64,000 bases of DNA from an uncultured Verrucomicrobiae bacterium (GCA_963707025.1 CAVPOM010000017.1:32001-96000); one strand, 5' to 3'. Positions 11,354-22,800 are shown, numbered from the stretch's first letter. Notes: a model not told the origin generated them from the sequence alone. Made by a program: numbers and translations.

Positions 11354-13396
11354 ATGAAAGCGAACCGTTCAGTTCCTCTCCGATGTCTGGCCGGAATCGT
11401 CCCGCTGTTTGTCGGGGCGGGCTTGTCCGCCGGGACGTTGACATGGTTTCCCGGGCCGTCCTTGGATGCCCCCGTCAGCGGCGCAGCGACCATCGTTATC
11501 TCCGGCGGCAACAACCTCCTGATTGGCGGCGATTCCTATGATTTCAGTTTACCTCAAAGTTTGGCCGCCACCAACAGCTCTTGGACTTACCTGCCGGCCT
11601 TGCCTGGCGTCCGCATCGCGCCCGGAGTCGTGGCGGGCGGTGATACCATCACCCTTTATGGCGGCAGCGACGGCACTAATTCCACCAGCAGCGTGATCGG
11701 TTATAGTCCTTCCGGCGACGGCACACTCACCCTGGCCTCGATGAGCGTCGCCCGTTCGGACCTCGGTTATGCCCCTGACCGCAACGGCGACGCTTACGCC
11801 ATTGGCGGCTTGGACGACACCGGCCAGCCGCTTTCATCCGCCGAGCGCTACAGCCAGGACTCGACCACTTGGTCCGCCATCGCCAGTCTCCCGACAGCCC
11901 TCTACAGTTTCCCGGCTGTCTTTGACGGCACGAACCATATTTACATTTTTGGCGGACGGACCAACACCTCGTCCGGGCCGGAAACCGCCACGGTGCTCCG
12001 TTACTCCGTCAGCGCCAACACCTGGAGCGCAATGGCTGCAATGCCCACCGCCACCGCCGGCAGCGCGGCGGCGTTGGGGGCCGACGGCAAAATCTATGTG
12101 GTCGGCGGTGTTTCCGGCGGTGTCACGACCAATGTGGTTCAGGTTTACGATCCCGCCGCCAATTCATGGGTGATTTCAACGCCTTTGCCCGAAGGCTTGA
12201 CCGCCTCCGCCATGGGTGTGGACAGCCTGGGCCGGTTGATTGTAATGGGTGGCATGGACACCAACGGCAACGACGTCAGCGATGTCTGGCGCAGCCAGCA
12301 ATTGGGAGTGGCCGAGAGCGTCCCAACCTTCACGCAATACCCCGGCACCAACGGCACCTACCAGACGCCTTACACCTCGTCCATCAGCGCGAGCGGCAAT
12401 CCGCAGCCGGTTTATCTGGTGTTGAGCGGCCCCGCCGGGTTGCAGGTTGACTATTACAGCGGCGCCATTACGTGGACGCCGCAGGCCGAACAGGTAGGTT
12501 CCATTCCGGTGACCATTCGGGCCACCAACGAGGCCGGCTTCGCCGATTGGAGTTTCACCATTACCGTCCCCACCCCGCCGCCAGCGATACCTGCCAACAT
12601 TCATTTGGTCAGCGCAACCGAATATACGCTGACTTTCGGTTGGGATCCCGAAAGCCCGGTGGTTGGGCCGGCAACTTTTAACATTTTCATCCCGCATCCC
12701 TACCACAGTCCCAGGGGCAGCGGGGGCGGTGTCAACTACCAGTTGATCGGTTCCACCACCTCGACCAACATAACCATAAGCAATCTGACACCGAATATTT
12801 CCTATGGCTATTCCCTCAATGCCACAGCGCCCGGCGGCAAGTCGGGCTACGCGGGCGTTTCCGGCACCACCTTGGGGCCGCAGCAGCCGCCTAATCTGCG
12901 GGTAATGGGAATTACCTCCACCAGCATCAGCCTGGCGTGGGATCCTTCACCCGGCCCGGTGCCGATAACTCGTTATGAGATTTGGGGCTGGATTGGCGGT
13001 TTGTTGCCGACCATTGAATATGGGTCGAACTTCACCAGCACGACGGCCACGATCACCGGCCTCACTCCCGGCACCTATGAAGAATGGACCGTGCGCGGTT
13101 ACGATGCGGGGGGCAATGTCTCCGGCTTGGCTGCCGGCGTTTACGCGGTCAATCCCCTGCCTGCGGCCGCGCAATTGAGCAGCGCCACGCCCTCCGCCGG
13201 CGGCGGGTTTCAAATCACCGCGTCCGAAGGCGGCACCGTGCTGCAAACGGTTGTGATTCAGGCGACCACGACCCCGGCGGATCCCAACTCCTGGGTGCAA
13301 ATCGGCTCGCTCCTGCCGACCTCGAACCCATTCACCTTCACCGACACCAACGCTGCTCAATACCCGATGCGCTTCTACCGGATTCTCGCGCCGTAA
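11354..13396 (+). CDS. Secreted Kelch-repeat / putative Ig / fibronectin type III protein with C-terminal FYR-motif domain
   Basis: Kelch blades (IYIFGG, IYVVGG..YDP), PAGL..GAITWTP Ig-like unit, two FnIII units (ISLAWD, ITGLTPG), ends RFYRILAP. Confidence 0.8.
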   Translation: MKANRSVPLRCLAGIVPLFVGAGLSAGTLTWFPGPSLDAPVSGAATIVISGGNNLLIGGDSYDFSLPQSLAATNSSWTYLPALPGVRIAPGVVAGGDTITLYGGSDGTNSTSSVIGYSPSGDGTLTLASMSVARSDLGYAPDRNGDAYAIGGLDDTGQPLSSAERYSQDSTTWSAIASLPTALYSFPAVFDGTNHIYIFGGRTNTSSGPETATVLRYSVSANTWSAMAAMPTATAGSAAALGADGKIYVVGGVSGGVTTNVVQVYDPAANSWVISTPLPEGLTASAMGVDSLGRLIVMGGMDTNGNDVSDVWRSQQLGVAESVPTFTQYPGTNGTYQTPYTSSISASGNPQPVYLVLSGPAGLQVDYYSGAITWTPQAEQVGSIPVTIRATNEAGFADWSFTITVPTPPPAIPANIHLVSATEYTLTFGWDPESPVVGPATFNIFIPHPYHSPRGSGGGVNYQLIGSTTSTNITISNLTPNISYGYSLNATAPGGKSGYAGVSGTTLGPQQPPNLRVMGITSTSISLAWDPSPGPVPITRYEIWGWIGGLLPTIEYGSNFTSTTATITGLTPGTYEEWTVRGYDAGGNVSGLAAGVYAVNPLPAAAQLSSATPSAGGGFQITASEGGTVLQTVVIQATTTPADPNSWVQIGSLLPTSNPFTFTDTNAAQYPMRFYRILAP

Positions 13397-13449
13397 CCCA
13401 GGCAGGCCTCTCCGAATCGGCCAACTCGGCCTTCCGAATCGTGCCGCGT

Positions 13450-13836
13450 TCACCGTCCGTCATCATCGTCGGCAAAAGGCGGAGTCAGGCCAGTGAAGTC
13501 GCCCACGATTTTGGCATCATAGGGCGAGTATAACCCACGCTGGGTGGTGCGCAGGTCATAGCCCGCATTGTTGCCGATGGCGCCGCCCCCGGCCAGGGGC
13601 AGCCCGTAGCTGGCCAGGATATGGCCTTGGTGATTAATGCGAATGACCAGGTTATTGAATTGATCGGCGATGAGAATGTTGCCCTCTTCGTTGAAGCCCC
13701 GTTGCAGCCGAAAGTCTTCCGCCCTGACGCTGGTGACCGCCAGCAGAAAGACAGCGGCGGGGATGGCGATGCCAAGGGAGCCGGCCAGGCGGCGGAGCAC
13801 GCGCCACGAATTGCCAAACAGTTTTTCAGTTGTCAT
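13450..13836 (-). pseudogene. Short, probably internally deleted NHL-repeat secreted protein
   Basis: Signal peptide followed by a single GNILIADQFNNLVI blade and a LYSPYDAK end. Confidence 0.45.
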
Positions 13837-14131
13837 ATTGGACCTTTACATTGATTTGAACTTTGCGCCCGCGCTTGTAAGGGGGTTCGCAGCCAAATTT
13901 GTTCCATCCGGGGCAGGATTCCATGAGCCGGAAGTGTGCCCGGTCACCGCTTTGCTGCGCGCAGCCGTTCCCTCCGCGCATCCCGGCTTGCCAATTCCCC
14001 CCGGCCACAAAGCGGGCCGAGGGTTGGCGTGAGGGGTTTCAATCCGCCAATGGTGGTGGCATCCAGAGGCACCCGGGAATTGCCGCGCAAAGCCGGTTGA
14101 CTTGGCTTTAGAAGTTGAGAACACTCACGCC

Positions 14132-14575
14132 ATGACAACATCAGCAAAAGCCATTCTGGCGCTGGCGGCCGCAAGTTTGATCGGCCTGGCTTACGCCGCG
14201 GAGCAACCCGAAGCGGTCATTCACATTGGGCACGAAAAAGTGGACGCCGCTTTTGCCAAGGGGGGATTGCTGCTTCGGACCAACAATTACAAGATCATGG
14301 CGGGCCGCCGCAGCGGTCCGGGGACGGTCGAAATCCATGAAAAAGACACCGACATCTTCTACATCGTGGACGGCACGGCGACGTTTGTCACGGGCGGGAA
14401 GGCGAATGAGGTGAAGGAGAAATCACCGGGAGAATTTGGGGCCACAGAGATTGTGGGCGGCGACGTGCGGCACCTGGCGAAAGGGGATGTGATCCTGATC
14501 CCCAATGGTGTTCCGCACTGGTTCACCGAAACCAGCACGCCCTTCCTCTACTTCGTGGTCAAGGTGAGCAAGTAA
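14132..14575 (+). CDS. Secreted cupin-domain protein
   Basis: EIHEKDTDIFYIVDG..GDVILIPNGVPHWF. Confidence 0.85.
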   Translation: MTTSAKAILALAAASLIGLAYAAEQPEAVIHIGHEKVDAAFAKGGLLLRTNNYKIMAGRRSGPGTVEIHEKDTDIFYIVDGTATFVTGGKANEVKEKSPGEFGATEIVGGDVRHLAKGDVILIPNGVPHWFTETSTPFLYFVVKVSK

Positions 14576-14582
14576 CCGGGTG

Positions 14583-15545
14583 TCACCGGCCCGGCGCAAT
14601 CGGCTCCATCAGGCCGTTGCGCTCGTCGTGCAGCAGGGCGGTGTTCAGGTTGTCCAGCACCACAATGCCCTGGATGGACGAAATGAGTTCGGCCTTGCTC
14701 CACTGCCAGACGATGGCTCCGGTCTTGTCAAACTCCACGAGCTGAATGCCCGAGTGGCCGTGGTCCGCTCCGTGGCCCTGCCAATTGGCCACGACGACAT
14801 CGCCGTTGGGCAGGAGCTGGAAGGAGGCGAAAAAGTCGGAATTGACGGCGGCGGGAACCTGGTCTTTGCCGCCGAATTTGCGCACGATGTTCTTGGCCGG
14901 ATCCAACTCCACCATAAAGCCGCCATAGCCGGCTGAGGCCAGGGTGTGGCCATTGGCAAGCCGCACCGCCTTCCAGGCATGGCTGAATTTTTCGACCGGC
15001 GCCTCCCAGATGTATTGGCCGGCGCTGTTGCCTTCACGAATCGCGGTGTCGCAGACCATCAAATAGGTGCCTTGGGCGGTTTGGCGCAGGAGCCGGACAT
15101 AATTGCCCGGATAGACGATCTTGTTTTTCACCTCGCCCTGGGCGTCCACGTCCAGCACGACGACCCCTTTGGACCCGCCGATGCTGATGCTGGCCACCAG
15201 GGTGTGGCCGTTGGGCTGGCGCCGGACCGAGGTGACCTCGTCCGTGTCGGTCCTGGCCGAGCCGGGGGCAAAGTTGGTCACATCCACCAACCGTGTGCCG
15301 GTGGCGATGTCGAACTCGGAGTAACCGGTGACATTGCCAATGAGGATGCGGTTGCCGCCCACCAACTGCATGTCGCGGGGATGCGATTTGCCGATGGGCA
15401 CAATCCAGTTCCTGGCGGGATCCTTCTCGTTGACATAAAGGAGGTTGGTTTTCCCTTCGTCAATGGCGATGAATTCGTGTTGGATCGGCCCGGCGTGCGC
15501 GGTGGTGGCGCAGAGGCAGGCGAGCAGGCAAATACTCAGCATCAT
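14583..15545 (-). CDS. Secreted beta-propeller hypothetical protein
   Basis: Signal peptide MMLSICLL..; repeated (R/L)xxNG(H/D)TL(V/A) blades; VVVANWQGHG. Confidence 0.7.
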   Translation of the reverse strand: MMLSICLLACLCATTAHAGPIQHEFIAIDEGKTNLLYVNEKDPARNWIVPIGKSHPRDMQLVGGNRILIGNVTGYSEFDIATGTRLVDVTNFAPGSARTDTDEVTSVRRQPNGHTLVASISIGGSKGVVVLDVDAQGEVKNKIVYPGNYVRLLRQTAQGTYLMVCDTAIREGNSAGQYIWEAPVEKFSHAWKAVRLANGHTLASAGYGGFMVELDPAKNIVRKFGGKDQVPAAVNSDFFASFQLLPNGDVVVANWQGHGADHGHSGIQLVEFDKTGAIVWQWSKAELISSIQGIVVLDNLNTALLHDERNGLMEPIAPGR

Positions 15546-15617
15546 GCCGGAGATTGGCACGCTCTCTCCGCAAAAGTCAATGCCAAGGCAATGCGTCAGT
15601 GACGGCAGCGAAGCCGT

Positions 15618-15645
15618 CGGAGTGCGCCCGTCCCCGGGCGCAGCA
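15618..15645 (+). repeat. REP-like hairpin CGGAGTGCGCCCGTCCCCGGGCGCAGCA
   Basis: Related copy at 17773-17800 with a compensatory stem change. Confidence 0.65.
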
Positions 15646-15798
15646 CCGTCCGGACTTCGGCCGCGGCCGACAAATCTCGACAAAGGGGTCGCCGAAGGCG
15701 CTTAGATAGGGAATTCGGGTTCTTCGCTGTTCTCGGTGGATTTCTTCCGCCAGGACAACCGCTGGAAGTAGCGCAGGGTCCGCTCCCGAGCATTGCTC

Positions 15799-15885
15799 CG
15801 TTACAGCCGTTACATCGTTACACCTGTTGCACCACAAGCACTTACGCATTTTAGAGCCGTTACACCCCCGTTACATGCCGTTACA
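15799..15885. repeat. Six CGTTACA repeats in two triplets (iteron-like)
   Basis: GTTACA at 15800, 15809, 15817, 15859, 15870 and 15880. Confidence 0.75.
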
Positions 15886-16011
15886 TCTTCGGAGGTGTTA
15901 AAACACAGATGCTTTGCACAATATTACCGGCAACCCCTTGCAGCGCTGCCGTTTCCATAATGACGGCCATGCGGCGCTCGTGCTGCCCGGCCTCCAGTTC
16001 AGCCCTCGCCT

Positions 16012-16166
16012 CTTGCCGTTCCAGACCAGTTCCACCTCGCGCTGGTCGGCGAAGAGAGGAAGCGGTATTCTTCCGGGAGCGGCTCGCCTTTGTTGATGAG
16101 CTTGATGAGGTGGCGCTTCTCGCCGTCGGAGACTTCGTAGCGTTCAGAAGCTTGGGTGCGGGCCAT
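16012..16166 (-). pseudogene. N-terminal remnant of a type III Mod-like site-specific DNA methyltransferase
   Basis: MARTQASERYEVSDGEKRHLIKLINKGEPLPEEYRFL / LFADQREVELVWNGK with a 1-nt frameshift near 16057; recognised from memory of Mod N-termini. Confidence 0.55.
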
Positions 16167-16310
16167 AATCAGGATTTTCGGGTTTACAAAACGCTTGGCA
16201 AGTGTATTATATATATGACGACCAGAGTGGGCCGGACCTTTCCGACTCCGTGATTAATTCCTTGGCCGCTCCTTTTTTTGTGCATGGTTGGGTTTTAGGG
16301 TTTTGGATTC

Positions 16311-16353
16311 AATACCTAGTTTAATACCTAGTTTCCGAGTTAATACCTAGTTT
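16311..16353. repeat. 3 x AATACCTAGTTT at the fic 3' end
   Basis: Copies at 16311, 16323 and 16342; the last contains the fic stop codon. Confidence 0.8.
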
Positions 16354-17393
16354 GTGGTTTTCTCCCATTTTGCGTTTCGGCCCGTGCCGAGCGATTTTAT
16401 TTTCTTTCCCTTTTGCAGCCGGGCAAGGAGTTTGCGGATCAAATCCAAGCCGACGCCCGGACACCCGGCCTGCAAATCAGCCACGCGGAAGGTGCTGGTC
16501 TGGCGATCAATCTCAGCGAGCACGGCGGCGGTCTTTTCGCCACGCGGCGATCTGAGGTGCCCGACGCGCTGCTCGAACTCCTTGCAGGCCTGGGTGAGGA
16601 TGAAGAGGAGAAAATTCATGGCCGGCCACGGATCGTGTTTGCCTTGGTGCCAGCCTTGCGAGCTTTGTTCGAGGACTTCGTAGTAGCGCTCCTTGTTGTC
16701 CTCGATAATGCGTTCGAGACTGATGTAGCGCCCCGCTTCGATGCCGCAATGGTAGGAGGCGAGAAGGAACAGGAGGCGGGAGGCGCGGCCATTCCCATCG
16801 CGAAACGGATGGATGCACAGGAAGTCGAGGCTCAGCGCGGCGGCGAGAACCAGCGGGGGAACCCATTTCTCGCGCACGCCGCGCTGCCAAAGCTCGATCA
16901 TTTCGGTCATCGCTTTGGGCGTTTGTTTCGCGGGAAGAGTTTTGAAGCGAACCCGGCTGCGCCCATCGGCAAAGGTCTGGATGATGTCCACGTCCTTTTC
17001 TTTGTAAGCGCCGGCATCCCAGATTTGGCCACGCGAAAGTTTGTGAAGCGTTTTGATGGTGGCTTCGGAGATGGGGAGTTTTGCGCGGTTCTCGTGGATG
17101 AGCTTGAGCGCGTTGCGATAACCGCGCACCTCCTCTTCGTCGCGGTCGCGCAAGGCCGGTTTGCCGAACATCAGCGTGGCGACGCGGGACTTGTCCACTT
17201 CCACGCCTTCGATGCGGTTGGAGGAAACGGCACTTTCGATGAGCGCGTGTTCGCGCAGCACCTTGAGCTTTTGCGGAGACTGACGGGTGAAGAGTTCTTG
17301 CTTGCCGCGCGCCTCGGCCAGATCGGTCAGGTACCACGTCGTTCGCGTGGGCAGCGTGGGCGGTTCGGCGGCGAGTTGGCGGAGCGTCATCAT
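16347..17393 (-). CDS. Fic-domain protein with C-terminal wHTH-like region
   Basis: HPFRDGNGRASR Fic motif; SSNRIEG inhibitory-helix-like motif. Confidence 0.92.
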   Translation of the reverse strand: MMTLRQLAAEPPTLPTRTTWYLTDLAEARGKQELFTRQSPQKLKVLREHALIESAVSSNRIEGVEVDKSRVATLMFGKPALRDRDEEEVRGYRNALKLIHENRAKLPISEATIKTLHKLSRGQIWDAGAYKEKDVDIIQTFADGRSRVRFKTLPAKQTPKAMTEMIELWQRGVREKWVPPLVLAAALSLDFLCIHPFRDGNGRASRLLFLLASYHCGIEAGRYISLERIIEDNKERYYEVLEQSSQGWHQGKHDPWPAMNFLLFILTQACKEFEQRVGHLRSPRGEKTAAVLAEIDRQTSTFRVADLQAGCPGVGLDLIRKLLARLQKGKKIKSLGTGRNAKWEKTTN

Positions 17394-17772
17394 GGTCGGC
17401 TTTTAGATTTAGTAAAACTGGGCGCCAGCGCGGCAAAATTCTTCGGCGCGTGCTTTTCAGAACCAGTCTGATCCACAAAAACAAAATTCTTCATCTGCGT
17501 CAATCCCCGTCCTCCGCAGCCTTGGCGAAGGAGGCTGCGGGCAACTCCGGATTCCGTTGTGGCTGGCCGCGCTGCGGCTTTGCCTTAAAAACCCTTCTGC
17601 AAATCGAAAAACCATCTCAACAGGAGAACGCAGAGAGCACAGAGATGAGAAGTTCCTCAATCCCCTCTCCCTCTTGTCGCGCCATTGCGGAGCGACGGCG
17701 AACGCCTCCATGCACTCTTGTTAAAAAATCCGTTTGTTGATTTTCGAACTATAGGGCGTGTTGCCCAAATCG

Positions 17773-17800
17773 CGGAGTGCGACCGTCCTCGGTCGCAGCA
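17773..17800 (+). repeat. REP-like hairpin CGGAGTGCGACCGTCCTCGGTCGCAGCA
   Basis: Same family as 15618-15645. Confidence 0.65.
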
Positions 17801-18236
17801 TTATCCAAACCTGCTTCGGTTCACAAATTCATGCAGACATCGGACCTGTCCGGCAATGCTTTTCTCCAGTTTTCGGTTTGGGCAACACGCCCTATAACTT
17901 TGTCCCATCCTGCTCAAAGACGGCCATGATTCAACTCCCAATTGGGCAAAGTTATGCTCTGACCCCTATGCCCCCTTTGACTGGCGGCCCGATGTCGTTG
18001 GAGAAAGCAAAAATGGCGCTTGCCAGTGGTGCCTCGTTTGTTAGAATTGGAGCCTTGTGGTAATGACAAGGCGGAAGATTAACCTCTGTGGTGACCTGTG
18101 AATGCCGTGAAAGCAATAAGGAAAGCTGTCTGCACAGTGCCACCTTGCCGGAGAACCAAGGGATCTTTCAAGGCAGCGCATGGTTTCGCGATGGTCACCG
18201 GCCATTATTCGATCAAGTGTCCAAAACCAAAGGTTT

Positions 18237-19687
18237 CACAGCCATCCCACAGGAAATTGGAAAAAAGTGTTGGCTTGACCATTTGAACCTGCCACAAGGC
18301 AGGCATGAAAAACAAAAAAATCAAACCAACACGGTCCCGGTTTAACGTTTTGCGCCAGATTTGCAATCTCATTCCTGCGCATGAAGTCTCCAAAATAGCG
18401 CGGGAGACCGGGGCTCTGGATAAGTCGCGCACCTTCAGTCCGTGGAGTCACACGGTCAGTTTGCTGGACGCGCAACTCACCCATTGCATCGGACTCAACG
18501 ATCTGTGCGACTCGCTGCAATTGCATTCCGGGCCGCTGTCCACTTTGCGCGGCGCCAGCGCCCCCAGCCGCAACGGCCTCTCCCACGCCAACCGGGAGCG
18601 TCCGGCCCAGATGGCCGAACAACTCTTCTGGCGGGTCCTGGAGCATTTGAAAGCACAGACGCCCGGCTTTGCCGCGGGCCAGCGCCGTGGCCCCGCCTTC
18701 CGTTTCAAGATGCCCATCCATGTGATTGATAGCACGACCATGGAACTGGTGGCCAACTGCCTGGACTGGGCCAAGCACCGCCGGCGCAAGGCCGCCGCCA
18801 AAACCCATATGCGGTTGAATCTGCAGAATCTTTTGCCCGGTTTTGTCATTGTGGACACTGCCGCCGAGCACGACAACCGACGGGCGCGGGAACTGTGCGC
18901 CGACTTGAAGAGCGGCGAAATCGCCTTGTTCGACAAGGGTTATGTGGACTTCGGCCACTTGCGGGATTTGGACGGGCGCGGGGTCTTTTGGGTGACGCGG
19001 GCCAAGGAGAACATGGGCTATGAGGTGGTGCGGAAAATGCCCGCCTCCAGAGACCCGAAGATTTTGCGCGACGAAGTGATCGTCCTGAGCAACGAGAACA
19101 AACCCGCGCCGGAGTTGATGCGCCGGGTGGTGGCGCTGGTCGAGATTGATGGAGAGGAACGGGAAATGACCTTCCTGACCAACAACCTGGAGTGGAGTCC
19201 GCGCAGCGTGGCCGACCTTTACCGCTGCCGCTGGCAGATCGAAGTCTTCTTCAAACAAATCAAGCAGACCTTGCAGTTGGCGGATTTTCTGGGCCACAAC
19301 GCCAACGCCGTGCGCTGGCAGGTGTGGACGGCGCTGTTGACCTACGTGCTGTTGCGCTACCTCAGTCACCTCTCCAACTGGGCGCACAGCTTCACCCGGC
19401 TGTTCACGATTTTGCGGGCGGCGCTCTGGGAGAAATATGATCTGCTCAATTTGCTGGCGTGCTATGGGACAGCAGGCGGCAGCTTTCGCCACTTGGCGCG
19501 GCCCGAGCAGGCGTATTTCCCCGGCTTCCAATAAAGCTATGGGACAGCACACGCGCCCAAACAGGCGCATACCAAACCCAAAAGCCAAACTCGGAAAAAT
19601 CAAAATCTCATTTTACCCCGAAGACCAATTAAACCCTTGCAAATGAACAGGTCAGCACCAGACTTTTCCCCTTATGAGACGGGTGTG
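18237..19687 (+). mobile_element. IS4-family insertion sequence, copy 1 (1451 bp)
   Basis: Imperfect TIRs CACAGCCATCCCACAGG / CACACCCGTCTCATAAG; 9-bp TSD CAAAGGTTT at 18228-18236 and 19688-19696. Confidence 0.95.
18305..19534 (+). CDS. IS4-family DDE transposase
   Basis: IDSTT, LFDKGY, YRCRWQIEVFFK (YREK motif). Confidence 0.95.
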   Translation: MKNKKIKPTRSRFNVLRQICNLIPAHEVSKIARETGALDKSRTFSPWSHTVSLLDAQLTHCIGLNDLCDSLQLHSGPLSTLRGASAPSRNGLSHANRERPAQMAEQLFWRVLEHLKAQTPGFAAGQRRGPAFRFKMPIHVIDSTTMELVANCLDWAKHRRRKAAAKTHMRLNLQNLLPGFVIVDTAAEHDNRRARELCADLKSGEIALFDKGYVDFGHLRDLDGRGVFWVTRAKENMGYEVVRKMPASRDPKILRDEVIVLSNENKPAPELMRRVVALVEIDGEEREMTFLTNNLEWSPRSVADLYRCRWQIEVFFKQIKQTLQLADFLGHNANAVRWQVWTALLTYVLLRYLSHLSNWAHSFTRLFTILRAALWEKYDLLNLLACYGTAGGSFRHLARPEQAYFPGFQ

Positions 19688-19808
19688 CAAAGGTTTTATG
19701 AATACAAATCTTGCAATCACCCAATGGCTGGCCTCCGTGCTGGGTTCCCACTTTTATTCCAAACCTGAACTTGCGGCTACAGACTGTCCGCCCATGAAAG
19801 GAGTTCCC

Positions 19809-22800
19809 ATGAAAACGCATCCCCGAAACACCGTTCTATTCACGCTCGCGGCCGCCGCGCTGATGATGGGTTTGCCGGTCAGGGCGACGGCTCAAACGAC
19901 GAATTGGGTCATCACCGGCTCACTGCGTACCCCACGCCAGTCGCACACGGCAACGTTGCTGCCCAATGGCAAGGTGCTCATCGCGGGGGGAAATCCCTCC
20001 TCCGGCGGTGTAACAAACAGCGCTGAGCTATATGATCCGGCCAGTGGGACATGGACCCTGAGCGGCTCGCTGAACGCCGCGCGCTTTTGGCACACGGCAA
20101 CACTGCTGCGTAACGGCAAGGTGCTGGTCGCGGGGGGTGATGGCAACGGCTTCTCTCCGGCCAGCGCCGAGCTGTATGATCCGGCCAGCGGGACGTGGAC
20201 CTTGACAGGCGTGATGGCAAGCGCTCTCCACACGGCAACGTTGCTACCCGATGGAAAGGTGCTCGTCGCCGGGGGGCGGCCTGGCAGCAGCGATACGGCC
20301 TACGCCGAGCTGTATGATCCGGCCAGCGGGACGTGGACGAACACCGGCTCGCTGAACACCGCACGCGATTCGCACACGGCGACGTTGCTGCCCAATGGCC
20401 ATGTGCTGGTAGCAGGAGGCGAAGGTGGCGGCGGTTATCTGGCCAGCGCCGAGCTGTATGATCCGGCCAGCGGGACGTGGACCTTGACCGGCCCAATGAA
20501 CACCGCCCGCCTAGGTCACACGGCGACATTGCTGCCCAACGGCAAGGTGCTGGTCGCGGGTGGGTTTGTCAGCAGCCTTGTGACTAACAGCGCCGAGCTG
20601 TATGATCCGGCCAGCGGGACGTGGACCTTGACCGGTTCAATGAACACTGCCAGGGGAGAGTATTCGGCGACGTTGATACCCAATGGCAAGGTGCTGGTCG
20701 CGGGAGGCTCTGATGCCAACGGCTTCTATCTGGCCAGCACCGAGCTATATGATCCGGCCAGCGGAGCATGGACCCTGACCGGCTCGCTGAATTACCACCG
20801 CCTGGAACATACGGCGACATTGCTGCCCAATGGCAAGGTGCTGGTCGCGGGGGGCACTGCTTATAATCCCGCCGAACTGTATGATCCGACCAGTGGAGCA
20901 TGGACAACGACCAGCCCGATGAACACCGCAGTCCGTTCTCACTCAGCCAATTTGCTGCCCAACGGCGATGTTCTCGTCGCTGGGGGGTACGGCAACAGCG
21001 GAACGACTAACAGCGCCGAAGCATACTTATACTCTCAGACCAGCGGGACGTGGACGAACACCGGCTCAATGAATATCGCACGCTATGCTCACACTGCCAC
21101 TTTGCTGGCCGATGGCAAAGTGCTGGTCGCAGCGGGGCATGGTAACGGCGACAATACTATTCTGGCCAGCGCTGAACTCTACGATCCGACCGGCGGGACG
21201 TGGACCTTGACCGGCTCGCTAAATACTACAAGGGTGGAGCACACTGCGACATTGCTGCCCGATGGCGAAGCGCTCGTCGTGGGGGGGCTTGACATTAACA
21301 ACAATTATCTGGCCGGCGCCGAGCTTTTCAATCCGACCAACGGGACATGGACCCTGACCGGCTCGCTGAATACCGCACGCGAAGGTCACACGGCGACATT
21401 GCTGCCCAATGGCAAGGTGCTCGTCGCGGGGGGCGTTGGCATCTCTCTTTCGGCCAGCGCGGAACTCTACGATTCGGCCAGCGGGACGTGGACCTTGACC
21501 GGCTCGCTAAATACGACAAGGGTGGAGCACACGGCGACATTGCTGCCCGATGGCGAAGTGCTCGTCGTGGGGGGGCTTGACACTAACAACAGTTATCTGG
21601 CCAGCGCCGAACTTTTCAATCCGACCAGCGGGACATGGACGCTGACGGGCTCGTTGAACACCGCGCGCGCTTACCACACGGCGACGTTGCTGCGCAACGG
21701 CAAGGTGCTCGTCGCGGGAGGCCAATGCAGCAGCAGCACCGGTTTGACTAACGGCGCTGAACTGTATGATCCAGGTAGTGGAACATGGATTTTGACCAGC
21801 CCGCTGAACACTGCACGCGAATATCATACGGCGACGTTGCTGCCCAATGGCCATGTGCTGGTAGCAGGAGGCGAAGGTGGCAGCGGTTATCTGGCCAGCG
21901 CCGAGTTATTCTATGTCGTCCGCGGGTTTATCCCTTCCTGGCAGCCACAGATTGCCTCATTAACCCCGGCCCTCGCCTTCGGCGGCAGTCTGGTCGTCAC
22001 CGGTTCCCAATTCCGGGGGTTGTCCGAAGGTTCGGGCGGGAATACTCAGGATTCGCCGGCTGATTATCCGTTGGTGCAAGTGAGACTATTGGGCAACGAG
22101 CAGACCCTGTTCCTGCTTGCCACGAACTGGTCCACCAATTCGTTCATTTCCGCCCCGGTAAGTGGTTTGCCGTTGGGCTATGCGCTGGCGACCGTGATCG
22201 TCAATGGGATCCCCAGCCCGAGCGCCATTTTCAGCATCGGTGTTCCGGGGGTGTATCCACCCAGCATCACCAACTCAACTGCCAACAGCAGCGTTTCCGG
22301 TGGCGGGAATGTGGTTCTGACCGTTGGCGTTCTAGGCACGCCGCCGTTCACCTATCAGTGGTGTTGGAATGGCACGCCGATTACCTGGGCCACCAATGCC
22401 ACCATGACCATCACCAATGTGGGATCGGCCAATGCCGGGGCCTATACCGTCACCGTCAGCAATCCTACGGGCAGCGTCACCAGTCAACCGACCCTGGTGG
22501 CGAGCGTGGACATCAAGCTGTATGCCGGGGTAGTGGTGAACGGCCCGTTGGGGTCGAACTACCTCATCGAAGCCACGTCCAATTTGGCGGGCGGCAATTG
22601 GACGACACTGACGAATGTGGCGCTGCCCACGCAACCTTACATTTACATTGATTACAATTCACAGCCATCCCACAGGAAATTGGAAAAAAGTGTTGGCTTG
22701 ACCATTTGAACCTGCCACAAGGCAGGCATGAAAAACAAAAAAATCAAACCAACACGGTCCCGGTTTAACGTTTTGCGCCAGATTTGCAATCTCATTCCTG

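Noticed and set aside
19900..21910. CRISPR array or diversity-generating retroelement
   Set aside because: The repeats are ~150-nt in-frame coding Kelch units; no cas or reverse transcriptase genes and no adenine-specific template/variable pair seen
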